Positions 1-9,855 of a stretch of 64,000 nucleotides of DNA are shown here, piece by piece. Both the position numbers and the translations under genes were made by a program. The stretch lies in contig JADIYM010000003.1 of the NCBI GenBank assembly GCA_016705245.1, forward strand, positions 420,148 to 484,147. Reading direction: 5' to 3'. The notes beneath the pieces are model-generated. The model saw only the letters and a list, made by a program, of their open reading frames with translations. It was not told the DNA's origin and made no database searches. Position 1 is the stretch's first letter. Every line of letters starts with the position of its first letter. The stretch is from Blastocatellia bacterium. Lineage in GTDB: Bacteria; Acidobacteriota; Blastocatellia; UBA7656; JADIYM01.

Positions 1-817
1 CCGGCGTGCGAGTCAGGCGTTCGTCGGGCTGAACTGCGCAGCCATCCCCGAGACGCTTCTCGAAGACGAGCTCTTCGGGCACGTGAAGGGAGCGTTCACC
101 GGCGCGCAGTCGGCGCGCGTCGGCCGATTCGAGCAGGCCCAGCACGGGACTCTGTTTCTCGACGAGATCGGCTGCATCAACCTGCAGGTCCAGGCTAAGT
201 TGCTGCGGGTGCTGCAGGAGCGAGAGATCGAACGGCTCGGCGACTCGAAGACGATCAAGTGCGACGTGCGCATCATCGCAGCGACCAGCGCCGACCTCGA
301 GAGCATGATCGAAGAGAATTCGTTCCGGCGGGACCTGTATTACCGGCTCAACGTCATTCCGATCAAGATGCCGCCGCTTCGCAGCCGCCCTGAGGACATC
401 CCCCCGCTGGTAGACCATTTCGTCGCGAAGTATTCGAACGAGCTGGGTTTCGAAGATCAGGTCGTCACTCATCTCGCCATCAAGCGGCTGATGAGCTACG
501 ACTGGCCCGGCAACGTCCGGGAGCTCGAGAACGCCATCGAGCGCGCGGTGGTGCTCAGCCGTGGGCGTGGCGAGATCCTGCCGACGGATCTGCCGGCGGA
601 GGTCGTCGGAGAGCGGATTCCGGACCTTATCAGCCAGATCCGGGTTCCCGAGGGCGGCATTAACCTCGAGGACGTTCTCGCAAGCGTGGAGCGGGAGCTG
701 CTCAGGCAGAGCCTGCAGATGGCGTCCGGGAATCAGAGCCAGGCCGCGGAGCTTCTCGGGCTCAAGCGGACGACGTTCCTCGACAAGATGAAGAGGTTGA
801 AGCTCGAGGAGGAGTGA
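1..817 (+). CDS. sigma-54-dependent transcriptional activator (NtrC family), 5'-truncated at window edge; AAA+ sigma54-interaction domain plus C-terminal Fis-type HTH
   Basis: Frame is open from nt 2 upstream of the ORF-table Met. Motifs: [25 protein letters not shown] (GAFTGA), [38 protein letters not shown]. Stop TGA at 815-817. Confidence 0.85.
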   Translation, partial: RRASQAFVGLNCAAIPETLLEDELFGHVKGAFTGAQSARVGRFEQAQHGTLFLDEIGCINLQVQAKLLRVLQEREIERLGDSKTIKCDVRIIAATSADLESMIEENSFRRDLYYRLNVIPIKMPPLRSRPEDIPPLVDHFVAKYSNELGFEDQVVTHLAIKRLMSYDWPGNVRELENAIERAVVLSRGRGEILPTDLPAEVVGERIPDLISQIRVPEGGINLEDVLASVERELLRQSLQMASGNQSQAAELLGLKRTTFLDKMKRLKLEEE

Positions 818-843
818 GCGGGACCGCAGACAAGATCGCGCTA

Positions 844-917
844 AGGCGCAAAGGCGCAAAGTCCAGAAAAGACCTTCAGGGCAGTGAATGCCGTATCTTC
901 CTTTGCGCCTTTGCGCC
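844..917. repeat. Family-A palindromic repeat (inverted GCGCAAAGGCGCAAAG arms, ~40-nt loop), copy A1
   Basis: AGGCGCAAAGGCGCAAAG ... CTTTGCGCCTTTGCGCG; same arms recur at 13679, 17253, 34078, 44822. Confidence 0.8.
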
Positions 918-1089
918 TTTGCGCGAGGCTTGTCCCACTCTTCCGTTCCCCTACCCCTAACCCCCTCCGAACGCTCCAATTGACGCCTGTTTGCGCCCCC
1001 TGTTACTTTACTCGTGCAGGATTGTTAGATTCTTACGGCCGACCCGTTTCAATGGTCGTGTCGAAACGCGAAGGAGCGAGCCCGCTGTA

Positions 1090-1293
1090 ATGTCCGAACC
1101 CTACAACAACAACGCCAACAAGATTTTCTGGTCCGTCTTTGCGACGATCGTCACCATCGGCATCGTGTATGCCGCTTCTATCGGCAATCTCAAGACGTCC
1201 GAGACCTTCGTCGTCAGCCTCCTGTGCGCCATTTCGATCGGCGGACTAGCGTACCTCGACATCAACCCCGCGTTTAACCATCAGCCAGAATAG
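1090..1293 (+). CDS. small membrane protein, 67 aa, two predicted TM helices (hypothetical)
   Basis: ATG at 1090 with GAAGGAG ~14 nt upstream; hydrophobic segments IFWSVFATIVTIGIVYAASI and FVVSLLCAISIGGLAYL; GC3-rich codon use. Confidence 0.45.
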   Translation: MSEPYNNNANKIFWSVFATIVTIGIVYAASIGNLKTSETFVVSLLCAISIGGLAYLDINPAFNHQPE

Positions 1294-1435
1294 CGGGAAC
1301 CGAAAACGCCGCGCCGCGTCTTTTGAGGCGGCGCCGTCAAACCAGTGGGGCGCGGGCAAACGAGACAAGGTCCAATCGACTCTACTGCGTGGAGGCGAAT
1401 CGCCGGTTTTTCCGAATCTGGAGATGTGACGAAAT

Positions 1436-2599
1436 ATGATGTCGGACAAGATGATGTTTGGCGAAGCATTCGACCCGAAGGACAACTTCTTCGCCCGAAT
1501 GCTCAGCAATTTCAAGGCGGCGTGGGCGGCGAGCACCGGCGAAGGTGACGTTCCGGGGGATGCCCCGGTCCACTTCACGATGATTCGTGAGGAGATCGTC
1601 TTCAAACGGCTCGCCGAGCAGCTCGGATTCGCCTTTGGTGAACTGCAGCGCGACCCGGCCGGCTTCGTCAAAGTGCTCGTTTCGCCCGACGAGAGCAATC
1701 CCGACCAGCTCAAGACCCGGCAGGCGGCGTGGGCGCTGACGGTCATCGTGCCGCTCGGCTTGATTGGGGCTTTCCTCTTCGGCATCCTGATCTACTTCAT
1801 GATCTATGGGCGTCCGCTCACGAACGTAGAGGCGTCGACCGACACGCCGCTCTACGACGTCACGATGCTCGACAAGCCGTATGAGAAGCCGACTCCGACC
1901 GACAAGCAGGGCAAGGCCGGCAAGCCGGGTGATGCGGGCGGCGGCGGCGGCGGCAAGAACGAGCCTCAGCCGGTTGCGAAGGGCGTTCCTCCTCAGACCT
2001 CGATGAAGATGGATCAGCCGATCGCCGATCTGACGACGAAGACGCTGCCTCCGCCTCCGCCGAAGCCCCTCAATCTGCCGAACTCGGTGCTTGCGGAAGC
2101 GGTACCGAATCGGACCGACGATCTCTCGCGGCTCGGGGATCCGAATGGCAAGGTGGGACCCGAGTCCGATGGCTCCGGCAAGGGCGGCAACTATGGTTCC
2201 GGCGCCGGCAGCGGCGTTGGTGGCGGTGATGGTCGCGGCGAAGGCGCCGGCCAGGGCTTCGGCCGCGGCGGCGGGCCTGGCGGCAACGGCGGCGGTGGCG
2301 ACGGTGGCGGCGCCTCATCGCGGGTGGCGGTGTCGAAGGCGCGCGTGCTCAACAGCCCGCGTCCGGCGTACACGGAGCAGGCTCGGCAGAACAAGACCCA
2401 GGGCAGCGTGACGCTGCGAGTGACCTTCGGCGCGAACGGACGCGTCAAGTCGGCGTCGGTCGTGCGCGGGCTTCCGGATGGGCTCAACGAAAAAGCCATC
2501 GAAGCTGCCTACAAGCTCAGCTTCGAGCCGGCGCGAAACGGCGCCGGCATACCCGTTGATTCAACGCAGACGGTGAGTGTGAACTTCACTATCAGGTGA
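1436..2599 (+). CDS. TonB family energy transducer (N-terminal cytoplasmic region, TM anchor, Pro/Gly-rich spacer, TonB C-terminal domain)
   Basis: TM LTVIVPLGLIGAFLFGILIYFMIY; PPPPKP and Gly-rich spacer; C-terminal ARVLNSPRPAYTEQARQNKTQGSVTLRVTFGANGRV...FEPARNG typical TonB_C. Confidence 0.75.
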   Translation: MMSDKMMFGEAFDPKDNFFARMLSNFKAAWAASTGEGDVPGDAPVHFTMIREEIVFKRLAEQLGFAFGELQRDPAGFVKVLVSPDESNPDQLKTRQAAWALTVIVPLGLIGAFLFGILIYFMIYGRPLTNVEASTDTPLYDVTMLDKPYEKPTPTDKQGKAGKPGDAGGGGGGKNEPQPVAKGVPPQTSMKMDQPIADLTTKTLPPPPPKPLNLPNSVLAEAVPNRTDDLSRLGDPNGKVGPESDGSGKGGNYGSGAGSGVGGGDGRGEGAGQGFGRGGGPGGNGGGGDGGGASSRVAVSKARVLNSPRPAYTEQARQNKTQGSVTLRVTFGANGRVKSASVVRGLPDGLNEKAIEAAYKLSFEPARNGAGIPVDSTQTVSVNFTIR

Positions 2600-3717
2600 C
2601 CACGAGTACGCAACGCGATGTGACCGACAGGGGGGCTGCTGAAGTTGGCCCCCCTGTCGCCATTGCGGCGAAGGAGCGGATGGTTACGACGGATGTGTTG
2701 CGAATAGGGCCGCTGCCCGAGCCGGGCCTCTTCGACCGGCTCCGAGCGAGTTGGAGCCTCGACGCGCTGATTCCGTCGTTCGAGCCGGATCCGACGATGC
2801 CGCCCCGCAAGGGATTTCGCATCGCGGGCGCGCTTGCACTTGTCGTTCACGCAGGCGTCCTGGTTGCGATCGTGTTGTTCGGTCGATACGCGATCATGAC
2901 GTTCGTCGAGAAGCCGAAAGAGGAATACGTCTGGGTCGCGCCCAACGAATTCCGGCCGGCGGATAATCCGGATACGCCAGGTTCCGAGCCGGCGACCCCT
3001 GACGGCGGACCCGGCGGCTCACCGGCCGACGGCGGCGGCAGCAATACCGACACGAAACCGGCGACGGGAGGCGAGTTGCCACCGACATCGCCCGTGCCAT
3101 CGCCGGTACCGTTGAACCTGCCGCCTCCGCCGACTCCCGTCAGCCTGCCGATGACGGCAACGATTCAGGGTCCGGACCTGGCGGTGCCGCCGCCCGCTGG
3201 TGAGATTGGCCTGCCCGGAGCGCCTGACAAGCCGGGCGAGCCGTCGACCGGTGCTGACGGCGGCCGTGGTGTCGGCGACGGTCGCGGCGATGGAGGAGGA
3301 CCCGGAACTGGCCCCGGATCGGGAAGCGGACCGGGTGGTCCGGGCGGCCGCGGGCCGGGTCCCGGCGGATCGACCGATGGCCGAACTGGTGGTGTCGGCG
3401 GCCCGGGAGGCAACGGCCCCGGAGGCGGGGTACAGGACCGCAATGTGCGGATGGTGCGAAAGTCACCCCCCAAGATTCCGAAGAAGATGGCAGAGAAGGG
3501 CTCTTTCGGAACGGTGAAGCTGAGAGTGACGATCGGTCCGGACGGCTCTATCCTGAGCGTCATACCGGTCAACACGCTCGCCGATGGCGGAACGCAGGCG
3601 GCGATCGACTCGATCTATCGATGTAGGTTCGAGCCTGCCATACGCAACGGCGTGGCGGTAACTGACACCATCATCGTTACGCAGAACATTTCGCCGTTGA
3701 CGGGCTACAGAGAATAG
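2596..3717 (+). CDS. TonB family protein, paralog in tandem (GTG start overlapping upstream stop; alternative Met start near 2797)
   Basis: TM FRIAGALALVVHAGVLVAIVLFG; Pro-rich then Gly-rich spacer; C-terminal KSPPKIPKKMAEKGSFGTVKLRVTIGPDGSILSV...FEPAIRNG TonB_C; ends TAG 3715-3717. Confidence 0.7.
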   Translation: MTTSTQRDVTDRGAAEVGPPVAIAAKERMVTTDVLRIGPLPEPGLFDRLRASWSLDALIPSFEPDPTMPPRKGFRIAGALALVVHAGVLVAIVLFGRYAIMTFVEKPKEEYVWVAPNEFRPADNPDTPGSEPATPDGGPGGSPADGGGSNTDTKPATGGELPPTSPVPSPVPLNLPPPPTPVSLPMTATIQGPDLAVPPPAGEIGLPGAPDKPGEPSTGADGGRGVGDGRGDGGGPGTGPGSGSGPGGPGGRGPGPGGSTDGRTGGVGGPGGNGPGGGVQDRNVRMVRKSPPKIPKKMAEKGSFGTVKLRVTIGPDGSILSVIPVNTLADGGTQAAIDSIYRCRFEPAIRNGVAVTDTIIVTQNISPLTGYRE

Positions 3718-3739
3718 CCACCCCATCGCGCGTCGATTG

Positions 3740-3832
3740 GCCCAGAACCCCGGAGCGTAGCGAGGGGCCGACGTACGACCCAAGTCGCGTGGAGATCACA
3801 GTCGGCCCCTCGCTACGCTCGGGGTTCTGGGT
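3740..3832. terminator. Bidirectional terminator-like hairpin between convergent TonB paralog and hisS (31-32-bp perfect arms, 28-nt loop)
   Basis: GCCCAGAACCCCGGAGCGTAGCGAGGGGCCGAC ... GTCGGCCCCTCGCTACGCTCGGGGTTCTGGG. Confidence 0.6.
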
Positions 3833-3966
3833 CAACCGCTGGCTGTTTTACGACACTTCCTCGCGACCCATTGCGACCCGTGCGTTACCGCGACGGTACT
3901 GATGCGTTGACCGCGCGTCGTTGAGACACGTTCATTACAAACCTATGACTGTCTCCTCATCTGTGT

Positions 3967-5317
3967 TCACCTGTGGACGAGTTCTTTCCCGACCTCAGAT
4001 CGCTCGACCTGCCTCTGTTCGCCGGTTGCCAGGGTCTTGAGCGTGACCTTGCCTGCGGCGCGTTCATCCGGGCCGACAATGGCGACAACCGGATAACCTC
4101 GACCGTCCGCGTATTTCATCTGCTTGCCAACCTTGTCGAGGTCCGGGAAGAGATCCACGCACAATCCGGCTGCCCGAAGCTCCCCCGCCAACGCAATTGA
4201 ATCCCCGATCGACGCCTCGTCCCAGACCGCGACCATCACGTCCGCGACGGTCTCGGCGTCACCGAACATCCCCCGTTCTTCCATCACCACGATGATCCGC
4301 TCGAGTCCAAGTGAAAACCCGCACGCCGGGATCTGCCGCCCGAGGAACATGCCCACGAGGTTGTCGTACCGGCCGCCGCCGCCGAGTGATCCAGCCAGGT
4401 CCGCAACCGCGACCTCGAAAATAGGTCCGGTGTAGTAGCTCAGCCCGCGCGCAAGAAATGGATCGATCCGGAAGTACCTTCCGGCTGCCGTGCCTGCCGC
4501 ATAGCCCACCAGCGTTCGCAGCTCATCGACGCCGGTTTTTCCCGCCTCGTTCTCGCCAACAGCTTCCGCAAGCCGGTCCAGCATCTCGTCCTGCGGCGAC
4601 TCCGCCAGCGCGAGCATTCCAACCAGGTGGTCGATTGCCACGCCCTCGACGCCGCGCTCGGTGAGCTCCTTACGGACGCCGTCAACGCCGATCTTGTCGA
4701 GTTTATCGATGGCGACGAGTGCCGTGCCCTCGAGCGCGGCCGGAATCCCGGCCGACTCGATCAGACCAAAAGTAGCTTCCGGTGATTCAACCGGATCGAG
4801 AAGTCCGTGAACCCGAGCTGCTCGAGCACGGTCGCCACCGCCGACGCCACCTCAACCTCGACCGTCAGCGACGACGAGCCCACGACGTCGACGTCGCACT
4901 GGTAAAACTCGCGAAATCGGCCCTTCTGCGGCCGATCCGCGCGCCACACAGGCTGTATCTGATAGCGCTTGAAGTACTTCGGAAGCTCGTTCTGGTATTC
5001 GGCAACGACACGCGCCAGCGGGACAGTCAGGTCGTACCGCAGCGCCATGTCCGCGACGTCGTTCTCGACCGCCGTTCCGGACGCGAGCGCGCGCTCGATT
5101 TTTCCCCGCGGTGCATGATCTTGAAGACGAGCTGATCGCCTTCCTCGCCATATTTGCCGAGCAGCACCTCGAGTCGCTCACACGCCGGCGTCTCGAGCGG
5201 CTCGAACCCGAACGACCGATATACCGACTTAACCGTGTCGATCACGCGCTCGCGCCTGAGCATCTGGCGCGGCAACAGGTCGCGCATTCCCTTCGCCGGT
5301 TTCGTGCTTGTGGCCAC
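3967..5317 (-). CDS. hisS: histidine--tRNA ligase, split into three ORFs by two apparent single-base deletions
   Basis: N-terminal part (5317..~5100) KGMRDLLP...[11 protein letters not shown]. Middle part [13 protein letters not shown]...[17 protein letters not shown] (motif 2). C-terminal part GGGRYDNL (motif 3) plus anticodon-binding domain. Frame changes at plus-strand T5 run 5099-5103 and A4 run 4768-4771; restoring one base in each rejoins the conserved sequence. Confidence 0.85.
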
Positions 5318-5393
5318 GGAAAACTCCCGGTCGCCGATTCACATGGATTGAAGGGAGCACGAACGCGCTCCCTTCGATCGGCGGCCGGGCATT

Positions 5394-5657
5394 CTACTCG
5401 ATATCGGCCTGGAAACAGGCACGCGACCCACAGCACGCGTGTGGATGTGCGAGGCTGTCGTCGGGACCGGCGCTCGCCATCGTCCCTAGACACCAGTAGA
5501 CCGCCGTCGTCGACACGCCCGTCTGCCACGGCGCCGGATCCGACCGGTCGCCGACGAGCGTCCCGAACGCGGTTTTCGTTCTCAGGAGCCGGCACACGAC
5601 CGGCGGCGTCGCCTCGGCTCGACCGTTTTCGGTCCGTTCCGTCGTCGGGCCCGTCAT
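5394..5657 (-). CDS. hypothetical Cys-containing small protein (87 aa), translationally coupled (ATGA overlap) to the molybdenum hydroxylase operon
   Basis: Start overlaps stop of upstream FAD-subunit gene; GC3-rich; residues C22, C56, C75, C76, C81; no recognisable family. Confidence 0.35.
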   Translation of the reverse strand: MTGPTTERTENGRAEATPPVVCRLLRTKTAFGTLVGDRSDPAPWQTGVSTTAVYWCLGTMASAGPDDSLAHPHACCGSRACFQADIE

Positions 5658-6631
5658 TTCGCGCCTCCAGCCTCGAGCAGGGTTCGCCGGATGACCGTCT
5701 CGAACAGCGTCGTCTTGTAACCGTTTCCCGAGAGAGGAGTTGCGCCCTCGAGCGCGGCCTTCGCCGCAGTTCGCGCGCTCGCGTCATCGAGCGGCTTCCC
5801 GACCAGCACCTTCTCCGCCGCCACGGCGCGATACGGAACCGGCGCCGCCGCGCCGAGCACGATTGACGCCCGCGACACGTTCACGCCGCTCCGTTCGACG
5901 ACCACCGCCACCTCGGCGATCGGCCAGTCGAACGACTCCTTCTCTCCTAGCTTCGTGTATGCGGATCGCGAGCCAGACACCAGCGGCGGAACGACGATAA
6001 GCGTGACAATCTCGTCGGCCCCGAGGCTGTTCTCGCGGTCGACGGCCACGGCCGGAAGCGTGAAGAACTCTTCGGCCCGAACGACTCGCTTGCCTCGAGG
6101 TCCCGTCAGCTCCAGCGAGCCACCGAGCGCCACCAATGCCGTCCCGAGCGCCGACGGATGCACGATCGCGCACACGTCGTTCCTGAAGATCGCGTGGTAC
6201 TGGTTTTCGCCCTTCTGGGCAAAACAGGTCTCACCGCCCTTTTTCAGGCAGTGAAAATCGCGGGACCTGAAATACCAGCACCGCGGTCGCTGCAGTAGGT
6301 TGCCCCCGGCCGTCGCCATGTTCCGGATCTGCGGCGTCGCCGCGTGCCCGGCCGCGTCGGCCAGTGCCGTAAACGACTGACGGACAACGGGATGCACGTC
6401 GAGCTGCGCCAGTGTCACGAGCGGGCCGATGCGCAGTCCCGTCGCGGTATCGCCTTCGATCCGGTCGAGCCCCTTGATGTTGCGGATGTTGACGAGCCGC
6501 TTCGGAGCGTCGAGCCCTTCCTTCAGACGATCGAGCACGTCGACGCCGCCCGCCTTCAGAAGGGATGTCGACCCCATCTGCCCGAGCGCCTCGTCGACCG
6601 TCGTTGCGTTCACCCATTCGAAGGCATTCAT
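5654..6631 (-). CDS. molybdopterin dehydrogenase FAD-binding subunit (CoxM/PaoB/XdhB-like medium subunit)
   Basis: FAD-binding subunit hallmarks: Gly-rich AGG segment (MATAGGNL) and YTKLGEKESFD segment; ATGA overlaps both neighbours. Confidence 0.85.
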   Translation of the reverse strand: MNAFEWVNATTVDEALGQMGSTSLLKAGGVDVLDRLKEGLDAPKRLVNIRNIKGLDRIEGDTATGLRIGPLVTLAQLDVHPVVRQSFTALADAAGHAATPQIRNMATAGGNLLQRPRCWYFRSRDFHCLKKGGETCFAQKGENQYHAIFRNDVCAIVHPSALGTALVALGGSLELTGPRGKRVVRAEEFFTLPAVAVDRENSLGADEIVTLIVVPPLVSGSRSAYTKLGEKESFDWPIAEVAVVVERSGVNVSRASIVLGAAAPVPYRAVAAEKVLVGKPLDDASARTAAKAALEGATPLSGNGYKTTLFETVIRRTLLEAGGAK

Positions 6632-9003
6632 GTTCGGGCTCCCTCCTTCCGGGCAGCGGCCAGCGCCGCAAGCACACGCGCCGGAGTCATCGGTATCTCG
6701 CGCATCCGGACGCCCGTGGCGTTGTAGACCGCATTCGCGATCGCCGCAGCCGTCGGAACGGTTGCCGGTTCGCCTATCCCGCCGGCGTCGGTGCTGCTTC
6801 GGCCCCGGTACTCCTCGATGATAATGGTCTCGATTACGGGCGTTTCCTTCGACCCGAGGATCTTGTACTGCTCCAGATTCGGATTGACCATCAGTCCCGT
6901 GTTGCGATCCAGCTGCCGGTTCTCGTACAGGGCGTAGGAAATGCCCTGCAGCACGCCGCCGTTGACCTGGCTCTCGACGCCGAGCGGATTGATCGGACGC
7001 CCGCAGTCGTGAACCGCGACGACCCGGTCGACGTGGATGACGCCGGTTTCCGTGTCGACGCTGACCTCCACGAACTGCACCCCGCCGTATTTGTCGAACA
7101 CGCGCTTACCGTCCGAGTAGTTTGGCGATCGGGTCGCGAGACTCGAGATCTGCTCTGTTTTCAGGTGTTTCGCCGCCTGTCGGAACGTCATCGACTTGCC
7201 GCCGGTCTTCGCCTCGACCTTTCCGGCGCGCATCAGCACGTCCGCTGCGGGCACTCCGAGATCGGTGGCAACGAGCGCGGCGAGTTGCATCTTCACCAAG
7301 TACGCCGCGTTTCGGGCCGCCGGAGTGATCGAGTTCGTCGTCACGCTGCCGCCCGACGCGGGCCCGTTCGGGAACGCAGTGTCGCCGATCCGGATCGTGA
7401 TGTCGGACGCCTTCAGCCCGAGTTCCTCGGCCACCACCTGCGCAAGGGCGGTGCGAATTCCGCCGCCGATGTCCTGCACTCCCGAGAGCAGCTCCACAGA
7501 ACCGTCGCGGGTGATTCGCACCTCACACGACGAGTCCATGTCAGTGAATCGATACCAGACGGACTGGGCGACGCCGAGACCGCGCTTGACGGGTCCGGCG
7601 TCGCTGCCGGGAGCCTTGCGCTTCGACCAGCCGACGCGCTCCGCTCCGAGTCGACGTTCGGTCCGCCGGGCCTCGTTCGAATCGATCTTGTCGCGCAGGG
7701 CCAGCGGATCGATGTTCAGTTTCTCGGCTACCTCGTCGATCACCTGCTCGAGCGCGAAACAGCCCTGTGGATGCCCCGGAGCCCGGAATGCGGCCGCGGG
7801 ACCGGCATTCACGAACACGTCCGCCTCCTCGGTCATCACCGCCGGGCAGTCGTACATGTTCTGCGCCGGGCCGCCGGCTCCCGCGCCCGTGCCAACGCCC
7901 GCGGTGCCGTAGTTGAGCAGGTGAATCGCCGTCAGTGAGCCGTCCTTTTTCGCGCCGACGCGCAGGATCTGGTGCGAGCTCGGGCGGTTACCGGCCGACA
8001 GGTGCTCGGTACGCCGGTCGAGCATGAGTTTCACCGGAGCGCCGGCTTTTTTCGAGAGGTGCGTCGCGAGGACGCCCTCGTTGCCCGCGCCGAACTTCGC
8101 TCCGAAGCCGCCGCCCATGAACTCGGTGATGACGCGGACCTGGGTCTTCGGCAGGCCGAAGACTTCGGCCAGCTCGTCGCGAACGCTCGATGTTCCCTGT
8201 GTCGAGGCGTAGACCGTCAGTCCATCCGCCTTCCAGTCGGCAACGACGCCATGCGTCTCGAGCGGACAGTGCGTCTGAACCTGCGTTCGGAACTCGCCTT
8301 CGACGACGACGTCGGCTTCCGTAAATCCCTTCCCGACGTCGCCGCGGGGCGGTCCGAACATCCCGCCCTTCACCGGGCCGCGGACGTTGCCGGTCTGCGG
8401 CACGCCGGCCGGCCCGCCGCCGCCTCCCGCAGTCCCCGCCATGTCGGCCGGGGCCGGAAAAACGAGTGGGGCGCCCGGCTTCCGGGCGTCGTCGGCATCG
8501 ACGACGAACGGCAGAACTTCGTAGTCGATCTTCACGAGCTTTGCGGCGTCCTCGGCGGCCTGCGGTGTCGTCGCGGCGACCGCGGCGATAGGCTGGCCCG
8601 CGTACCGGACGATCGGATAATTCGACGAGAGCTCCTTGGTCTTGTCGCTGACTACCGCGCTGCCCATCAGCCGTTCGTGCACGTAGACAGCACGAACGCC
8701 CGGCGCCTTTTCGGCTGCCGAAACGTCGATGGACCTGATGCGAGCGTGCGGAACCGTGGCCCCGACGACCCTCCCGTGAAGCATACCCGGCAGCTTGACG
8801 TCGGCCGTGTAACGGGCGGCGCCGGTTACCTTCAACCGGCCGTCGAGCCTGGGAGTCCGCTTTCCGATCACGGACAGCTCGGCGTTCGGTGGCAGCACAG
8901 GCGGCTCGCTCGCCGGAATCTCGTATTCGACCTCGGTCATCGAACCGCCGGCGATTCCGACCTTGAACTTCTCTTTTCGTGTGGGTTTCGTAGCGTCTTG
9001 CAT
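6628..9003 (-). CDS. xanthine dehydrogenase family molybdopterin-binding large subunit (CoxL/PaoC-like)
   Basis: 791 aa; N-terminal LKVTGAARYTADV..., GGGFG(A)KF, HLLNYGTAG and other motifs of Mo-hydroxylase large subunits. Confidence 0.85.
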   Translation of the reverse strand: MQDATKPTRKEKFKVGIAGGSMTEVEYEIPASEPPVLPPNAELSVIGKRTPRLDGRLKVTGAARYTADVKLPGMLHGRVVGATVPHARIRSIDVSAAEKAPGVRAVYVHERLMGSAVVSDKTKELSSNYPIVRYAGQPIAAVAATTPQAAEDAAKLVKIDYEVLPFVVDADDARKPGAPLVFPAPADMAGTAGGGGGPAGVPQTGNVRGPVKGGMFGPPRGDVGKGFTEADVVVEGEFRTQVQTHCPLETHGVVADWKADGLTVYASTQGTSSVRDELAEVFGLPKTQVRVITEFMGGGFGAKFGAGNEGVLATHLSKKAGAPVKLMLDRRTEHLSAGNRPSSHQILRVGAKKDGSLTAIHLLNYGTAGVGTGAGAGGPAQNMYDCPAVMTEEADVFVNAGPAAAFRAPGHPQGCFALEQVIDEVAEKLNIDPLALRDKIDSNEARRTERRLGAERVGWSKRKAPGSDAGPVKRGLGVAQSVWYRFTDMDSSCEVRITRDGSVELLSGVQDIGGGIRTALAQVVAEELGLKASDITIRIGDTAFPNGPASGGSVTTNSITPAARNAAYLVKMQLAALVATDLGVPAADVLMRAGKVEAKTGGKSMTFRQAAKHLKTEQISSLATRSPNYSDGKRVFDKYGGVQFVEVSVDTETGVIHVDRVVAVHDCGRPINPLGVESQVNGGVLQGISYALYENRQLDRNTGLMVNPNLEQYKILGSKETPVIETIIIEEYRGRSSTDAGGIGEPATVPTAAAIANAVYNATGVRMREIPMTPARVLAALAAARKEGART

Positions 9004-9021
9004 CGGTTCGTCTCCCCGCGC

Positions 9022-9666
9022 CTAGCGGCGCGACACCCTGGCCGCCGCGAGCGTCGCGTCAAAGACCTTCGGGTAGGTTCCGCAACGGCACAGGTTGCCG
9101 CTGACCGCGTCGCGCACGTCATCAAGCGACGGCGACGGGTTTCTGTCGAGCAGCGCCGCGCAACTCATCACCATTCCGGGAGTGCAATATCCACACTGCA
9201 TCGCGTCGTGCTCGATGAACGCTTCCTGGACCGGATGCAGTACGTCGCCCTTCGCGAGCCCTTCGATCGTCGTGACGGCACGGTCACCGACGTCGATTGC
9301 CAGCGTCATGCACGACACGACGAGAGTCTTGTCGAGCAAAACCGTGCACGCCGAGCACGAACCGCGATCGCAAACCACTTTGGTTCCGGTCAGTCCCAGG
9401 TCGTCGCGCAATGCCTCGGCCAGCGTAGTCCGCGGCTCGATGTCGAGCTTGCGGGCGGAGCCGTTCACGTTCAGCGTCACGGCGACACGTCCCGGGCCCA
9501 CCGCGGCAGGACCGGCGAGCGCCGTTGACGCTTCCGTCACCGCGTTCAGGCCAGTCTCGAGGATTGCGGCTCCAGCGGCTCCAAGTCCGGCGCCCTTGAG
9601 AAACCCGCGCCGCGAGACATTTCCACTCGTGACAGGCGAATCGGTCGGTACTGGATCTTCAGCCAT
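9022..9666 (-). CDS. (2Fe-2S)-binding small subunit of molybdenum hydroxylase with twin-arginine (Tat) signal peptide (PaoA-like)
   Basis: Real start at MAEDPV with SD GAAGGAGG upstream; Tat motif SRRGFLKGAGLGAAGAA; two [2Fe-2S] Cys clusters CDRGSCSACTV and CGYCTPG...CRCGTY. The ORF-table start 9825 lies inside an upstream palindrome. Confidence 0.85.
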   Translation of the reverse strand: MAEDPVPTDSPVTSGNVSRRGFLKGAGLGAAGAAILETGLNAVTEASTALAGPAAVGPGRVAVTLNVNGSARKLDIEPRTTLAEALRDDLGLTGTKVVCDRGSCSACTVLLDKTLVVSCMTLAIDVGDRAVTTIEGLAKGDVLHPVQEAFIEHDAMQCGYCTPGMVMSCAALLDRNPSPSLDDVRDAVSGNLCRCGTYPKVFDATLAAARVSRR

Positions 9667-9720
9667 CGTGCCTCCTTCGGGGATGTCGAGAGTACGGACG
9701 AGGGGCGAAATCGTTTCAGC

Positions 9721-9852
9721 CCGTGCAATGCGCGAAGCGCTTTGGAGTGCGGCGTGAATCGCCGCTTTGGATTGTAATTTCGGGTTCCCGGAGAGTGGAA
9801 TCCAAAGCGGCGATTCACGCCGCACTCCAAGGCGCTCCGCGCAGTGCCGACG
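9721..9852. promoter_or_regulatory. Large hairpin (37-bp perfect arms, 25-nt loop, imperfect outer extension) between the PP2C gene end and the Mo-hydroxylase operon start
   Basis: GCGCTTTGGAGTGCGGCGTGAATCGCCGCTTTGGATT ... AATCCAAAGCGGCGATTCACGCCGCACTCCAAGGCGC; sits ~70 nt upstream of the small-subunit start. Confidence 0.5.
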
Positions 9853-9855
9853 AGC

